A stretch of 64,000 nucleotides of DNA from a bacterium (GTDB lineage Bacteria; UBA8248), in assembly GCA_965219955.1 (NCBI GenBank), contig OZ244799.1, forward strand, positions 1,088,001-1,152,000, read 5' to 3'. Below the pieces are notes generated by a model. The model was not told where the DNA came from, searched no databases, and saw only the letters and a program-made list of their open reading frames with translations. The number at the start of each line of letters is the position of its first letter. Positions within the stretch are counted from its first letter, which is position 1. Shown in pieces: positions 19,960 through 30,623 of this stretch. A program made the position numbers and the translations under genes.

Positions 19960-21678
19960 TTGAGAGTCAAACTGGCTAAAACGGCTGGTTTTTGCTGGGG
20001 AGTGGAAAGAGCGCTTGATATAGCCTTGGACACGGTTAACGATGCATCCAGCGAAGTTTTGACGCATGGGCCGCTAATTCATAACCCGCAAACGGTGGAA
20101 TTGCTGGAGGATAAAAGTGTTTTTGTATCTGATCCTCAGGAGACGCCGAGTAGTACGAGCTTGGTTGTCATTCGGGCGCATGGTATTTCTCCGCAGGTTC
20201 GCGATCGTTTAAGAAGTTCGGGAGCAGGCATTCGAGATGCAACATGCCCGCTGGTCGCCAAGGTTCACGGGGTCATTAGAAAACATTCCCGTATGGGCGC
20301 TTTCACGGTGATCATCGGTGAGGAAGGACATCCGGAGGTGGATGGTCACAAGGGCTACGCTGAGGCTGGCAGCCATCTGATAACCTGCATGGAAGATGTG
20401 GCCGAACTCCCGGAGATTGGTGAACGCCCCGCCGTGGTGGTCGCACAGACGACAATCAATATGCGGGAATGGAAAGATGTCGAAGAAGCTATTTTGAGGA
20501 AATACCCCCAGGCCCAGATGTTTAATACGATATGTGATGCAACTGAGGTTCGCCAGGAAGAGGTAAAGAAACTAGCACCTGATGTTGACCTGATGGTCGT
20601 TGTAGGCGGTCGCAACAGCGGCAATACGAATCGCTTGGTAGAAGTGGCGAAAGAGGGGGGAGCGGATTCGATTCTCATTGAAACTGAAGATGAGATAAAT
20701 GAGGAATTTTTACAACAATACAAGAATATCGCTGTTACAGCGGGTGCATCTACACCGGATTGGATGATTAGGCGTGTTGTGAATCGAATAGAGGCGATTC
20801 CAGATCCGAATCCAAATTTCGTTGACAAGATATTTGATGTCGTCAAGGTGCTGTCGAGAGCAAATGTTCTTCTTTTTCTGTCTGCGCTATTGGGTAGTAT
20901 CGCCATTACGGTCTTAGGTGGTTTCCCCTTTTCGATGAAACTTCCCATAACTGCAGGTCTTTTTCTTTTCGCTGCTCATACGATAAATCGTTGTGTTAGT
21001 TATGAAGCAGATAGGTACAATGAGCCTAATCGAGCTCAGTTTTATGAAAGGCACAAGACCACATTATTATCCTTGGCTGTAGTTGCTGCTTTTATATCGA
21101 TCCTGTTCGGTGTCAGTGTCTCCTATTTGACCGGGGGCATTATGATCGTTGGATTGATTTGGGCTATTTTCTGCAGCCTTAAGCTCGAATCTCGGGCCCT
21201 CGTTAGTAGGGTAATGAATTTCCCGACCTTGAAAATTTTGGTTCTTGCAACGGGATGGACCTTTGGCATGGCATTTTTGCCTGCATTGGCGAATTCACAG
21301 TTGATTTCCGCTGGTTGGGGAGTATCTATATTCGTCGCCTTCGGTTTGATTTTCTTCAAGACTGGCTTGATGGAATTGAGAGATATTCAGGGCGACCGAA
21401 TCGTGGGCAAAAGAACCTTGCCGATTGTTCTGGGAAAAGAGCAGACAGAAGCACTTTTAGGGGTGATTTGTGCTGCATTGGCTGTAGTTCTTGTTAGTGC
21501 TTCTATCAATGGGTGGGTGGCCCCATTGTTTGGTTATGCGATGCTCATTCCGGTTATTTATGCAGGTGCATGTCTATACTGGTATACAAAAAAGATATTG
21601 GGGCATAGTGGACTCATGGAAGCAGCCACCGATCAAATATTTATAATTGCTGGTGTTTTAGTCTTGTTGGTAGTCTAG
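19960..21678 (+). CDS. ispH: 4-hydroxy-3-methylbut-2-enyl diphosphate reductase fused to a UbiA-like prenyltransferase domain
   Basis: AGFCWGV, HGPLIHN, DATCP, HPEV, NTICDAT, SGNT and TAGASTP motifs. C-terminal multi-TM region contains RDIQGDRIVGKRTLP. Confidence 0.93.
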   Translation: MRVKLAKTAGFCWGVERALDIALDTVNDASSEVLTHGPLIHNPQTVELLEDKSVFVSDPQETPSSTSLVVIRAHGISPQVRDRLRSSGAGIRDATCPLVAKVHGVIRKHSRMGAFTVIIGEEGHPEVDGHKGYAEAGSHLITCMEDVAELPEIGERPAVVVAQTTINMREWKDVEEAILRKYPQAQMFNTICDATEVRQEEVKKLAPDVDLMVVVGGRNSGNTNRLVEVAKEGGADSILIETEDEINEEFLQQYKNIAVTAGASTPDWMIRRVVNRIEAIPDPNPNFVDKIFDVVKVLSRANVLLFLSALLGSIAITVLGGFPFSMKLPITAGLFLFAAHTINRCVSYEADRYNEPNRAQFYERHKTTLLSLAVVAAFISILFGVSVSYLTGGIMIVGLIWAIFCSLKLESRALVSRVMNFPTLKILVLATGWTFGMAFLPALANSQLISAGWGVSIFVAFGLIFFKTGLMELRDIQGDRIVGKRTLPIVLGKEQTEALLGVICAALAVVLVSASINGWVAPLFGYAMLIPVIYAGACLYWYTKKILGHSGLMEAATDQIFIIAGVLVLLVV

Positions 21679-21685
21679 TTTTTAC

Positions 21686-21735
21686 CTCCCATTAAAAAAG
21701 CCGCGCTTCGTGATGCGCGGCTTTTTTAATGGGAG
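21686..21735. terminator. Bidirectional intrinsic terminator
   Basis: CTCCCATTAAAAAAGCCGCGC...GCGCGGCTTTTTTAATGGGAG between convergent genes. Confidence 0.88.
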
Positions 21736-21758
21736 CGAATGTAATAACGATCTTGGTT

Positions 21759-22079
21759 TTAGATTCCTCTCGCGGCTCGTTTTGAGGCCTTGAGAGGGTT
21801 CAGTTTTTTCTCTAGCGGCGCTTCAAAATCTAATTTAATGTGTGTCGCGAGAGGGCATCTGCCCCGCTCCCAGCGGTTTTCCGGATTAGGGAATTTTGCG
21901 CAATATTTTCCTTTTGGAAACTCTATGATGTGCTCGCATGCTTTCTCATCATCACCCGAAAGGCATTCCTCCACGACAGGGAAGCAGGAACTACCATTGT
22001 ACGAACATGTATTTTGGCCATTAGAGCCTTTCGATGCAAAATGACATTCTACAGGCGCTTCTAAAACCGTACACTCCAT
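21759..22079 (-). CDS. PxxKW-family cysteine-rich protein
   Basis: Eight Cys, C..PVVEEC, YC..P.PENRW.RG.CPLATH and C-terminal LNPLKASKR. Confidence 0.8.
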   Translation of the reverse strand: MECTVLEAPVECHFASKGSNGQNTCSYNGSSCFPVVEECLSGDDEKACEHIIEFPKGKYCAKFPNPENRWERGRCPLATHIKLDFEAPLEKKLNPLKASKRAARGI

Positions 22080-22322
22080 TGCGAATTCCCCCACGAAATT
22101 GGATGCAACGCCTTGAAATCACACAAAACTAGAAAGATGCCGCAAAAAGTGTAAGGAAAAGCTGTATATCGTGCAACCTGGAGACATTGCGATGGTGGAA
22201 AATCCTTGAAATTAGCCAATCATCTGTAATCGTTGATTCTTTCCATGTAACACCACGGAAACATAGTTGATGTAGATACGTCATTGCAGACTGTAAGGGT
22301 GATTATTCATAGGTTTTATTGA

Positions 22323-22350
22323 TTGACGGCCAACTGCTGCGTGTTATAGT
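22323..22350 (+). promoter_or_regulatory. Putative sigma70 promoter of glnB-glnD-glnA
   Basis: TTGACG, 16-nt spacer, then TATAGT with an extended -10 TG. Confidence 0.5.
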
Positions 22351-22384
22351 CGATGGAAACCATCCCATTGGACCTTTCACTTGA

Positions 22385-22741
<357 letters not shown>

Positions 22742-22753
22742 CTACATCTTCCC

Positions 22754-25495
22754 ATGACGCCATCTCTCAATAATTTATTAAAACTACAAAACGACATTCG
22801 GGAAACAACCCTTGCTGCTTGCGGTTGGGAACGAAGCGTTTTTCTCCGCTATATCAAGGACGCTTATGCGCAGGCCGGAGAGTGTATAAGCAATGCGCAG
22901 TCTGAGGGTGCGGGCGGATATGAGTTATGTGAAGCGCATGCGAATTTTATGGATGCGTATATAGCTCAGGTTTATGTGTACGCTTTAGAAGGAGAAAAGA
23001 GAAAATCCGGCGATATTAATCAGTCGTTTCCATGCGCTTTGGTTGCTATTGGTGGATATGGACGGGGGGAATTGTCTCCCAACTCAGATATCGACCTGTT
23101 GTTTTTGTTTTCAGGACATGAGGGGCAAATCAGCGAATTGATTCGCTCTGTCTTGTATCTGATGTGGGATGCAGGTCTTACGATTGGCCATAGTGCCAGA
23201 ACTATTTCTAATTGTCTGAAAATTGCCAAGGAAGATTACCAAAGCGAAACCGCCATGTTGGAAAATCGATTGTTGGCGGGCAGCGAAGAAGTTTTTCTGG
23301 AATTCAATAAGAAATTCGATGGTTACATACAGCGTGTAGCGAAAAGTTCTCACCTTCGGAATCGGCTTGAAGAACGAATGAGACGATACCGATCATGGGA
23401 TCCCTCGGTTTATGTTCTCGAACCAAACGTGAAAGAAAGTGCAGGGGGGTTGCGGGATTTTCATGCCGTTTGCTGGTTGGCCAAGACTTTCGGCATGAAG
23501 GAGATGGATGAGATGTGGCGCAAGGGTTGGGTGCCACAAGCGGAGTTTGAAAAAGCGATGCAGGCTTATGATTTTCTTCTTCGTATACGGGCTCAACTGC
23601 ATATCCGCGCAAAAGCTAAGAACGATATGCTTAATTTTTCGGCCCAGGCAGAAATTGCTCCTGAATTAGGTTATGGAGACGAAGAAAGCGCGTTGGCCAG
23701 TGAGTGTTTGATGCGTGATTATTTCTTGCATGCAAGAAACTTGCATATTTTTTGCCGTGATTTTTTTGAAACTCTCGAAGATCATTTAAAGAGCAGAAGA
23801 TGGGTCAATAGAAAACCGAAGCTCCAACCTCTTGAAGATGGGCTGGCTTTGCAGGATTACCATACGCTCGTGTTGGATGAGTCTAACCCTCGAGCAATCC
23901 TGGAAAATCCTACGGGCTTGATGAAGATATTCGAGTGTCAATATCGTTTTGGATGTCGCTTATCGCCGAATGTAAGAAACTTCGTTCGAGCTCATCTGGA
24001 TACCGTAGATGACAATTTTCGCGCTTCGCCTGATGTAAGGGACAGCTTTTTACGGATATTGAGTGGCAAAGCCGGCGTAACGTCCACGATGCACGAAATG
24101 CACGGTCTCGGTTTACTGGGGTGTTATATCCCCGAATTTGAACCACTGACTTGTTTTGTTCAGTACGATCATTACCATCGATATACAGCGGATGAACATA
24201 CTTTGCTCACGTTAGCGGCATTGGATGAGCTTACATATACGAAAGATGTGTCTTTGCAGCATGTAGCCCATATTCATAGAGAGATGGAACGTACGAATAT
24301 ACTGAGGCTTGCGCTATTATTTCATGATATTGGCAAAGCGAGAGGACCGAGGCATGTGCATAAAAGCGCATCTGCACTTCCCGATATTATTATGCGCATG
24401 GGTCTACCGGCAGACCAGGGGAGCACTATCGAATTTTTGGTGGCCTGCCATATTGATATGAGCATCACGGCCGAAAGACGTGATATCGATGATCCCGTCT
24501 TGATCAGCAATTTTGCCGATAAAATAGGGACGGTGGAAAGGCTCCAAATGCTTTATCTCTTGACGTACGCAGACATATCCGCCGTTGCTCCCGGTATGTG
24601 GAATGAATGGCGAAGCGCCCTGATTTATGAATTGTACAAGCGAGTGCTGAGGGTGATGGAGACAGGAGAGGATTTATACAGGAAAAAGCGCAGGGAAGAT
24701 ATTGTAGAACAAGTAAGTTTAGAAGCCAGGGCGGGAGGAAGCCGAATAGGGCGCGAGGAAATCGCAAAGCATATGGAATCCATGCCGGACAGATATCGTA
24801 CCGGGACTCCACCTCAAGACATCCTGCGCCACATCGAGCTTGGGGCCCGTCTTTCAGATGAATCGATATGCGAGATCGATATCACGCATCGCAGGAGACG
24901 GGGAAATACGCTCTTGACACTGTTGTGCAAGGACCAGCTCGGTTTGTTCGCACTTATCGCAGGCGCGTTTGCTGTGTACGAACTAAACATTTTGGACGCG
25001 AAGGTATATACACGCGAAGATGGTTTGGTGATAGATACTTTTGAGGTCGTAGATTCCGAGGGAAAAGCCGTCGTCGATGAAGGGCTCTGGAATAAATTTC
25101 GCAAATCGCTGGAACGGTTGCTGTCGGGCGAACTTGAATTGTTGGAATTTCTGGGCAGGAGTAAAAAATATTTACGATTAAAGAAACGAATGTCGTTCGA
25201 TTTACCGATCTTGGTAGAATTTGATCAGAATGCAAGTGGAGATGCAACGGTTCTCGAGGTTGTTGCGCCGGATAGACACGGCCTTCTGGCCCAGATTGCG
25301 CAATTCTTCGTACATGAGGGGATTTCTATCTCTCGGGCCAAAATCACAACGGAAGGCCAATGTGCTGTGGATGCTTTCTATATCACGGACAATAACGGTG
25401 AAAAAATAAAGGATACAACTAGACTCGAGGAGTTGTGCGCGCATCTGAGCGAAATTCTTGAAGAAGGGCGCCCAATCGGCGCCATAGTGTCATGA
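22754..25495 (+). CDS. glnD: [Protein-PII] uridylyltransferase
   Basis: AIGGYGRGELSPNSDIDL, EPNVKESAGGLRD, HD domain (YHRYTADEH, FHDIGK) and two C-terminal ACT domains. Confidence 0.95.
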   Translation: MTPSLNNLLKLQNDIRETTLAACGWERSVFLRYIKDAYAQAGECISNAQSEGAGGYELCEAHANFMDAYIAQVYVYALEGEKRKSGDINQSFPCALVAIGGYGRGELSPNSDIDLLFLFSGHEGQISELIRSVLYLMWDAGLTIGHSARTISNCLKIAKEDYQSETAMLENRLLAGSEEVFLEFNKKFDGYIQRVAKSSHLRNRLEERMRRYRSWDPSVYVLEPNVKESAGGLRDFHAVCWLAKTFGMKEMDEMWRKGWVPQAEFEKAMQAYDFLLRIRAQLHIRAKAKNDMLNFSAQAEIAPELGYGDEESALASECLMRDYFLHARNLHIFCRDFFETLEDHLKSRRWVNRKPKLQPLEDGLALQDYHTLVLDESNPRAILENPTGLMKIFECQYRFGCRLSPNVRNFVRAHLDTVDDNFRASPDVRDSFLRILSGKAGVTSTMHEMHGLGLLGCYIPEFEPLTCFVQYDHYHRYTADEHTLLTLAALDELTYTKDVSLQHVAHIHREMERTNILRLALLFHDIGKARGPRHVHKSASALPDIIMRMGLPADQGSTIEFLVACHIDMSITAERRDIDDPVLISNFADKIGTVERLQMLYLLTYADISAVAPGMWNEWRSALIYELYKRVLRVMETGEDLYRKKRREDIVEQVSLEARAGGSRIGREEIAKHMESMPDRYRTGTPPQDILRHIELGARLSDESICEIDITHRRRRGNTLLTLLCKDQLGLFALIAGAFAVYELNILDAKVYTREDGLVIDTFEVVDSEGKAVVDEGLWNKFRKSLERLLSGELELLEFLGRSKKYLRLKKRMSFDLPILVEFDQNASGDATVLEVVAPDRHGLLAQIAQFFVHEGISISRAKITTEGQCAVDAFYITDNNGEKIKDTTRLEELCAHLSEILEEGRPIGAIVS

Positions 25496-25577
25496 CAAAG
25501 CCGAACGGGCTGAACAATTCCTGGTTTTGTGTCGATGATTTCTCGCAAAACCGCAATTCTGCATGGAGGTGTAACAG

Positions 25578-26990
25578 ATGGTTGAAGATGTCTTGAAGTT
25601 GGCTAAGGAAAGCGGCGCCCAAATGGTTGACTATCGTTTCATAGATATGCCCGGTATGTGGCAGCACTTCTCGGCGCACATCGATACTCTTGGGGAAGAT
25701 ACCTTCGAAGAAGGTGTCGGTTTTGACGGCTCGAGCATCCGGGGGTTTCAAAGCATCGATCAGAGCGACATGCTTCTCATTCCGGACCCGACGACCGCGT
25801 TCATGGATCCATTCCTGAAGATTCCGACCTTGGTTCTGATCTGTGACATCAAGGATCCGATTACGCTCGAACTCTACGATCGGGACCCCCGTCACATTGC
25901 CATCAAGGCGGAACAGTACATGAAGTCTACAGGTATCGGGGATGTCGCTTATTTTGGCCCCGAAGCTGAATTTTTCGTGTTCGACGACGTGCGCTATTCC
26001 GGTTCGGAAAATCATGCTTTCTACGAGGTTGATTCATCTGAGGCCGCCTGGAACACGGGCGCCAACGAAGATCCGAACCTCGGCCACAAGAACCGTTACA
26101 AAGAAGGCTATTTCCCCGTGCCGCCCAACGATACGCTACAGGACGTCCGCTCGGAGATGATGCTGACGATGCTCGAATCTGGCGTCGAGTGTGAAGTGCA
26201 CCACCATGAAGTGGCCTCGGCCGGGCAATGTGAAATCGATATTCGATTCGACACTCTGGTGACCACGGCGGATAAGCTGATGAAGTACAAATACATCGTC
26301 AAGAACGTGGCGAGAAAGCATGGAAAGACGGCGACCTTTATGCCGAAACCCGTTTTTCTTGACAACGGCACCGGAATGCACTGCCACCAGAGCATTTGGA
26401 AAGACGACAAGAATATCATGTATCGTGCGGGAACCTATGGCGATTTGAGTCCTGACGCGCTTTACTACATCGGTGGTTTGTTGAAGCATGCGCCCGCATT
26501 GTTGGCTTTCACGAACCCGACGACGAACAGCTACCGCCGCTTGGTGCCGGGTTATGAGGCGCCTATCAACTTGATCTATAGCTGCCGCAACAGAAGCGCA
26601 TGCGTGCGCATTCCGATGTATTCTTCAAGCGAAAAGGCCAAGAGGGTCGAATTCCGCTGCCCTGACCCTTCATGCAACCCCTATATGGCCTTCGCCGCGA
26701 TGCTGATGGCGGGTCTGGACGGTATTCAGAATAAAATCATGCCGCCCGAGCCTATCGACAAGAATCTCTACGATCTCGGTCCTGAGGAAAAGGGCAGCGT
26801 TGAGCAGACGCCTGGAAGTCTCCCCGAGGCTCTGGATGCACTCGAGGCGGACTACGAATTCTTGCTGAAAGGCGACGTGTTTACGAAGGATGTCATTGAC
26901 AACTGGATCGAATACAAGCGTGTAGAGGAAGTGGATGCGGTTCGCCTGCGGCCGCACCCACACGAATTCCACCTCTACTATGACATCTAG
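25578..26990 (+). CDS. glnA: Glutamine synthetase type I
   Basis: [35 protein letters not shown] and adenylylation site KNLYDL. Confidence 0.97.
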   Translation: MVEDVLKLAKESGAQMVDYRFIDMPGMWQHFSAHIDTLGEDTFEEGVGFDGSSIRGFQSIDQSDMLLIPDPTTAFMDPFLKIPTLVLICDIKDPITLELYDRDPRHIAIKAEQYMKSTGIGDVAYFGPEAEFFVFDDVRYSGSENHAFYEVDSSEAAWNTGANEDPNLGHKNRYKEGYFPVPPNDTLQDVRSEMMLTMLESGVECEVHHHEVASAGQCEIDIRFDTLVTTADKLMKYKYIVKNVARKHGKTATFMPKPVFLDNGTGMHCHQSIWKDDKNIMYRAGTYGDLSPDALYYIGGLLKHAPALLAFTNPTTNSYRRLVPGYEAPINLIYSCRNRSACVRIPMYSSSEKAKRVEFRCPDPSCNPYMAFAAMLMAGLDGIQNKIMPPEPIDKNLYDLGPEEKGSVEQTPGSLPEALDALEADYEFLLKGDVFTKDVIDNWIEYKRVEEVDAVRLRPHPHEFHLYYDI

Positions 26991-27023
26991 ATTTTGGTTC
27001 CAGCGATCCTGAACAACTGAGAT

Positions 27024-27065
27024 CAATAAACCCCTCGTGCGGATTATCGTTCGAGGGGTTTATTG
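27024..27065. terminator. Bidirectional intrinsic terminator
   Basis: CAATAAACCCCTCG...CGAGGGGTTTATTG between glnA and lutB. Confidence 0.8.
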
Positions 27066-27144
27066 TTTGTATCGGGGCAAATGATTCATTTGCGCCTCGT
27101 GAAGATGAATTGCCTTCTTTGGACGGGGGTATCTACAAATCCCC

Positions 27145-29274
27145 TTAGAGCAGGGTATCAGGAATGATGATCGCAAAAACATCGCGCGGGCCATGCACGC
27201 CTTTGATGAGCGTCAGGGCGATGTCGGCCGAGCGGCTGGGTCCCGTGATGATGTTGACGCAACTAGGCGAGGCTCCCTCTCCTTGCTTGAGGGTTCTTTC
27301 GAGTTCAGGTCCCAGCGAGGATATATGGGGCAGGATGTTCTTTTCAGGAATGAGGGCCAGGTGAGTTTCCGGTAACAGAGAGTGAAGGCGCGGATGGCCG
27401 GGCCCGCTCCGCAAGACGATACTGCCTGTTTCTGCAATCGCCCAGTCGCAGCCTGTGATTCCGATTCCACACCGGGCGATGTCGTTCCGGTTATCTCCGT
27501 CATTCGATGGAAAAATCACGTCAAAACCCTCTTCTGCAAGCCAATTGGCTACATCGATTGGTAAGCCGTCGCTGATGGCAACGGGGTATTCTTTCCATTT
27601 GGCCGCCAAGCCGAGGACATATTCTCGAATTTCGCCAATGGAATTCGGATGATGAACGGGGTTCGCAATCGCTTCAAACTCCGTGGAGAAGCGAGCGGCA
27701 GTGTCCGGAACAATAATTTCCGGCAGGGGGCCTTCGGTGTTTTCAAAGTGGCCATGCGACAAGCCGTGTGCCAACTCCAGGGCTTGGTGGGTCTTTTCGA
27801 TTACTGCGTCCTGACCGCTGGTTCGTGGTGTGTCATGAGGTGATGCAGACGAATCGACGCCCCTCCGTTTTTTCTCCCGCCAGCGCGCTCGAAAACTTTT
27901 TTTTGCAATTTTGGGAAGATCCCGCCCCTGGGCCCATGCGCCGAGGGGCCCAGGTAGCTTTGCGGCCGCTTTTGCATTCAGGAATCTTGAAAAAACAGAC
28001 CCCAACTTGAAACCCGTCTCCCAAATGAAGGGTTTGCGCATGGCCATACCTAGCAAGCGAAATGAGAACCTTTCCATCAGTGCATTATTTTTCTTGGTCG
28101 TTCTCGCTTCTCTCATTTCCAGCAACATGCGGGGAATGTCTACAAATACGGGGCAGGCGTCCATGCAGGCGCCGCATAGACTCGATGCCGCGGGAAGTTC
28201 TCCGGAAACGTCGAGACCGCGAAGCATAGGACTTAAGATCGATCCGATTGGTCCACCGTATACGGAGTCGTATGTATGGCCGCCGACTGTCTGGAAAACA
28301 GGGCAGGCATTTTGACAAGCCCCGCAGCGGATACAATGAAATGCTTCCTGAAATGGCGTCCCGAGATGCCTGGAGCGTCCTCCGTCGAGCAGCAAGAGAT
28401 GGACTTCATCGGGGCCGTCGGACTCGTTTTCTCTTCTTGGCCCGGTTAACATGGTGAAATAACTGGTGAGTTTCTGGCCCGTTGCGCTTCGCGGAAGTAC
28501 TGAGAGGAGCGTAAGCGTATCTCGCAGCGTGGGCACTACTTTTTCGAACCCCATAATAGCGACGTGAACCTTGGGTAGGGTGGTGACGAGTCGCCCGTTC
28601 CCCTCGTTCGTGACGAGGCAAAGCGTTCCGGTTTCCGCAACGGCGAAATTCACGCCGCTGATTCCCATCCCCGCGCGCAGGAATTCCGTTCTCAGTTTCT
28701 CCCGCGCGATTGACGTGAGCTCCTGGGGGTCAGAACCGGCGTTTGGGTCTACTTTTTCGCGGAAAAGGTCTTGCACCTGTTGCAACGTCTTATGGATGGC
28801 GGGCGCAACGAGGTGACTCGGCGTCTCGTTGGCCAGTTGTAGTATCCATTCGCCCAGGTCGGTTTCATAGGGGGTGATCCCCGCCGCCTCCAATGCTTGA
28901 TTCAGATGGATCTCCTCGGACGCCATGGATTTGCTCTTGACGACTGTTTCGACCCCGTGCTTGCGGGCGATTTCGAGGACGATTCGCTTTGCGGAATCCG
29001 CATCGGGCGCAGAATGAATATGCACGCCGAGATTCTGGAGGCTCCCGAACAAGGTTTCGAGATGCTTGTCGATCTCGTCGAATGTTTTTCTGCGAATTTC
29101 CCTTGCCTTTGCCCGCAAGGCGAGCGGCGCCGCTGTCGATTCGAAAGCCTGAGCGCGCTGGTTGGCGAATTTGCCCGTAGCCGCGTGAAGGGCTTCCTGC
29201 AGAGGGATGTTGATCAATGCGGAAGTCGCGCGCTCGTTGAAAGGCGTATTCAAGCCTGGTCTTCCTCGGGCCAA
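27145..29274 (-). CDS. lutB: LutB/LldF lactate-utilisation Fe-S protein fused to a C-terminal LutC-type LUD domain
   Basis: KSKSMASEE, ETDLGE, CIRCGACQNACP and SLCGACMDACP. A second LUD domain follows (AIAETGSI...ITGPSRSADI...GVHGP). Confidence 0.88.
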   Translation of the reverse strand: MARGRPGLNTPFNERATSALINIPLQEALHAATGKFANQRAQAFESTAAPLALRAKAREIRRKTFDEIDKHLETLFGSLQNLGVHIHSAPDADSAKRIVLEIARKHGVETVVKSKSMASEEIHLNQALEAAGITPYETDLGEWILQLANETPSHLVAPAIHKTLQQVQDLFREKVDPNAGSDPQELTSIAREKLRTEFLRAGMGISGVNFAVAETGTLCLVTNEGNGRLVTTLPKVHVAIMGFEKVVPTLRDTLTLLSVLPRSATGQKLTSYFTMLTGPRRENESDGPDEVHLLLLDGGRSRHLGTPFQEAFHCIRCGACQNACPVFQTVGGHTYDSVYGGPIGSILSPMLRGLDVSGELPAASSLCGACMDACPVFVDIPRMLLEMREARTTKKNNALMERFSFRLLGMAMRKPFIWETGFKLGSVFSRFLNAKAAAKLPGPLGAWAQGRDLPKIAKKSFRARWREKKRRGVDSSASPHDTPRTSGQDAVIEKTHQALELAHGLSHGHFENTEGPLPEIIVPDTAARFSTEFEAIANPVHHPNSIGEIREYVLGLAAKWKEYPVAISDGLPIDVANWLAEEGFDVIFPSNDGDNRNDIARCGIGITGCDWAIAETGSIVLRSGPGHPRLHSLLPETHLALIPEKNILPHISSLGPELERTLKQGEGASPSCVNIITGPSRSADIALTLIKGVHGPRDVFAIIIPDTLL

Positions 29275-30029
29275 CCCGGATTATTTGGTCCGGAGAGGGC
29301 CTGCGCAAGATGGAGAAGTTTGATTTTCGAGTTTCGCTTCGATAATCCACCCGAGATGTGCAGCATGCAGCCGGCGTCTGCCGCCACGAGCCAGGTTGCA
29401 TCGACTTTCTCGGCGGATTTGATCTTCTCGTCAAGCATGGCGCATGAGACTTCCGGGAATTTAACGGCGAACGAGCCGCCGAACCCGCAGCAACGGTCGC
29501 AATCGGGCAATTCCTCCCGGTTCTCGGCCACCATGTCGAGGCACTGGCGGGGCGTTTGGTTTTCCCCCATGCCGCGCAGCAGGTGGCACGAATCGTGATA
29601 CACGGTTTTCCCGGGGAGCGTAGCGCCGAAATCGTCCACTTTTATCTTGCACAGGAATTGGGACAATTCGATGACGCGCCCGGAGATTTGCGCGGCTTTT
29701 TCCCGCTCCCACGGGTCGTCCGGGAACAAGGTGGGTAAAACGCTTTTGAGCATCCAGCCGCAAGACCCCGAGGGTACGATGATCGGAATGTCTCTCTCCA
29801 GCAGTCGCAATTGGGGTTCGAGAATTTTCCTCGCCTCCGCCCTGAAACCGTTGTTGAAGTGGGGGAGTCCGCAACAGGTGAGACCTTCCGGGAAAATCAC
29901 CTCGATATCCGCGCTCTCGATCAAGTGGACGGTCGCCTCGCCGACTTCGGGGAAAAACTGATCTACCAGACACGTGGCGAAGAGGAAGACACGCTTGGGT
30001 CGGTTCTCATGCGTTTCAGAAGACATCAT
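29250..30029 (-). CDS. lutA: LutA/LldE CCG-domain Fe-S protein
   Basis: LFATCLVD, TCCG, SGSC, YHDSCH, CCGFGGSF and DAGC motifs. Confidence 0.9.
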   Translation of the reverse strand: MMSSETHENRPKRVFLFATCLVDQFFPEVGEATVHLIESADIEVIFPEGLTCCGLPHFNNGFRAEARKILEPQLRLLERDIPIIVPSGSCGWMLKSVLPTLFPDDPWEREKAAQISGRVIELSQFLCKIKVDDFGATLPGKTVYHDSCHLLRGMGENQTPRQCLDMVAENREELPDCDRCCGFGGSFAVKFPEVSCAMLDEKIKSAEKVDATWLVAADAGCMLHISGGLSKRNSKIKLLHLAQALSGPNNPGWPEEDQA

Positions 30030-30239
30030 CCGCTATCCCCAGAGAATGCGCAGTCCGATATCGACATATTATGCCGTTTTCCATCTTCAATACAAACAAA
30101 GGAAAAGAAGATTCCCATTGAACGGAGGTTGTATAAATGTTAGCTTCCATACGGCTCTGAAAGGAAGTGAAGAAGACTATTTGTGCTGGCATGGGAAATG
30201 CCGGATACCCGTCTCATCATCAACCCCCGGGGTGGAAGA

Positions 30240-30581
30240 ATGTTCAGGGACAAACGCTACGTTTTGGTCTGTACGAACGAACGGGCGGCGGATCATCCCA
30301 AGGGAAGTTGCACAAACTGCGGCTCCGTGGAAGTCCGGGAGCGAATGAAGTCCCTTCTGGAAGAGAAAAACCTGAAAAGCAGGGCGCGCATTCTCGCGAC
30401 GAGTTGCATGGATATTTGCGAGAATGGCGCAGTTGTTTGCGTAATGCCCGATAATGTCTGGTATGGCGGCGTGAGGCCGGAGGATGCCGAAGAGATCGTG
30501 GAGAAACACTTGGAAAACGGCGAGCCCGTGGAGCGGCTCTTGATACCCGAAGAGATGAGCGGGCTTTCGTTGTTCGGTTGA
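30240..30581 (+). CDS. Thioredoxin-like (2Fe-2S) ferredoxin
   Basis: VCTNER...GSC, SCMDICENG, PDNVWY and IVEKHLENGEPV motifs. Confidence 0.88.
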   Translation: MFRDKRYVLVCTNERAADHPKGSCTNCGSVEVRERMKSLLEEKNLKSRARILATSCMDICENGAVVCVMPDNVWYGGVRPEDAEEIVEKHLENGEPVERLLIPEEMSGLSLFG

Positions 30582-30623
30582 GAACAGAAAGCCGTTGTCG
30601 CGTGTAATTCCGGGAGCGAAGAA

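Noticed and set aside
22245-22290. GlnR/NtcA or sigma54 sites upstream of glnB
   Set aside because: Only half-matches (TGTAA...GAAACA), with spacing and consensus not satisfied.
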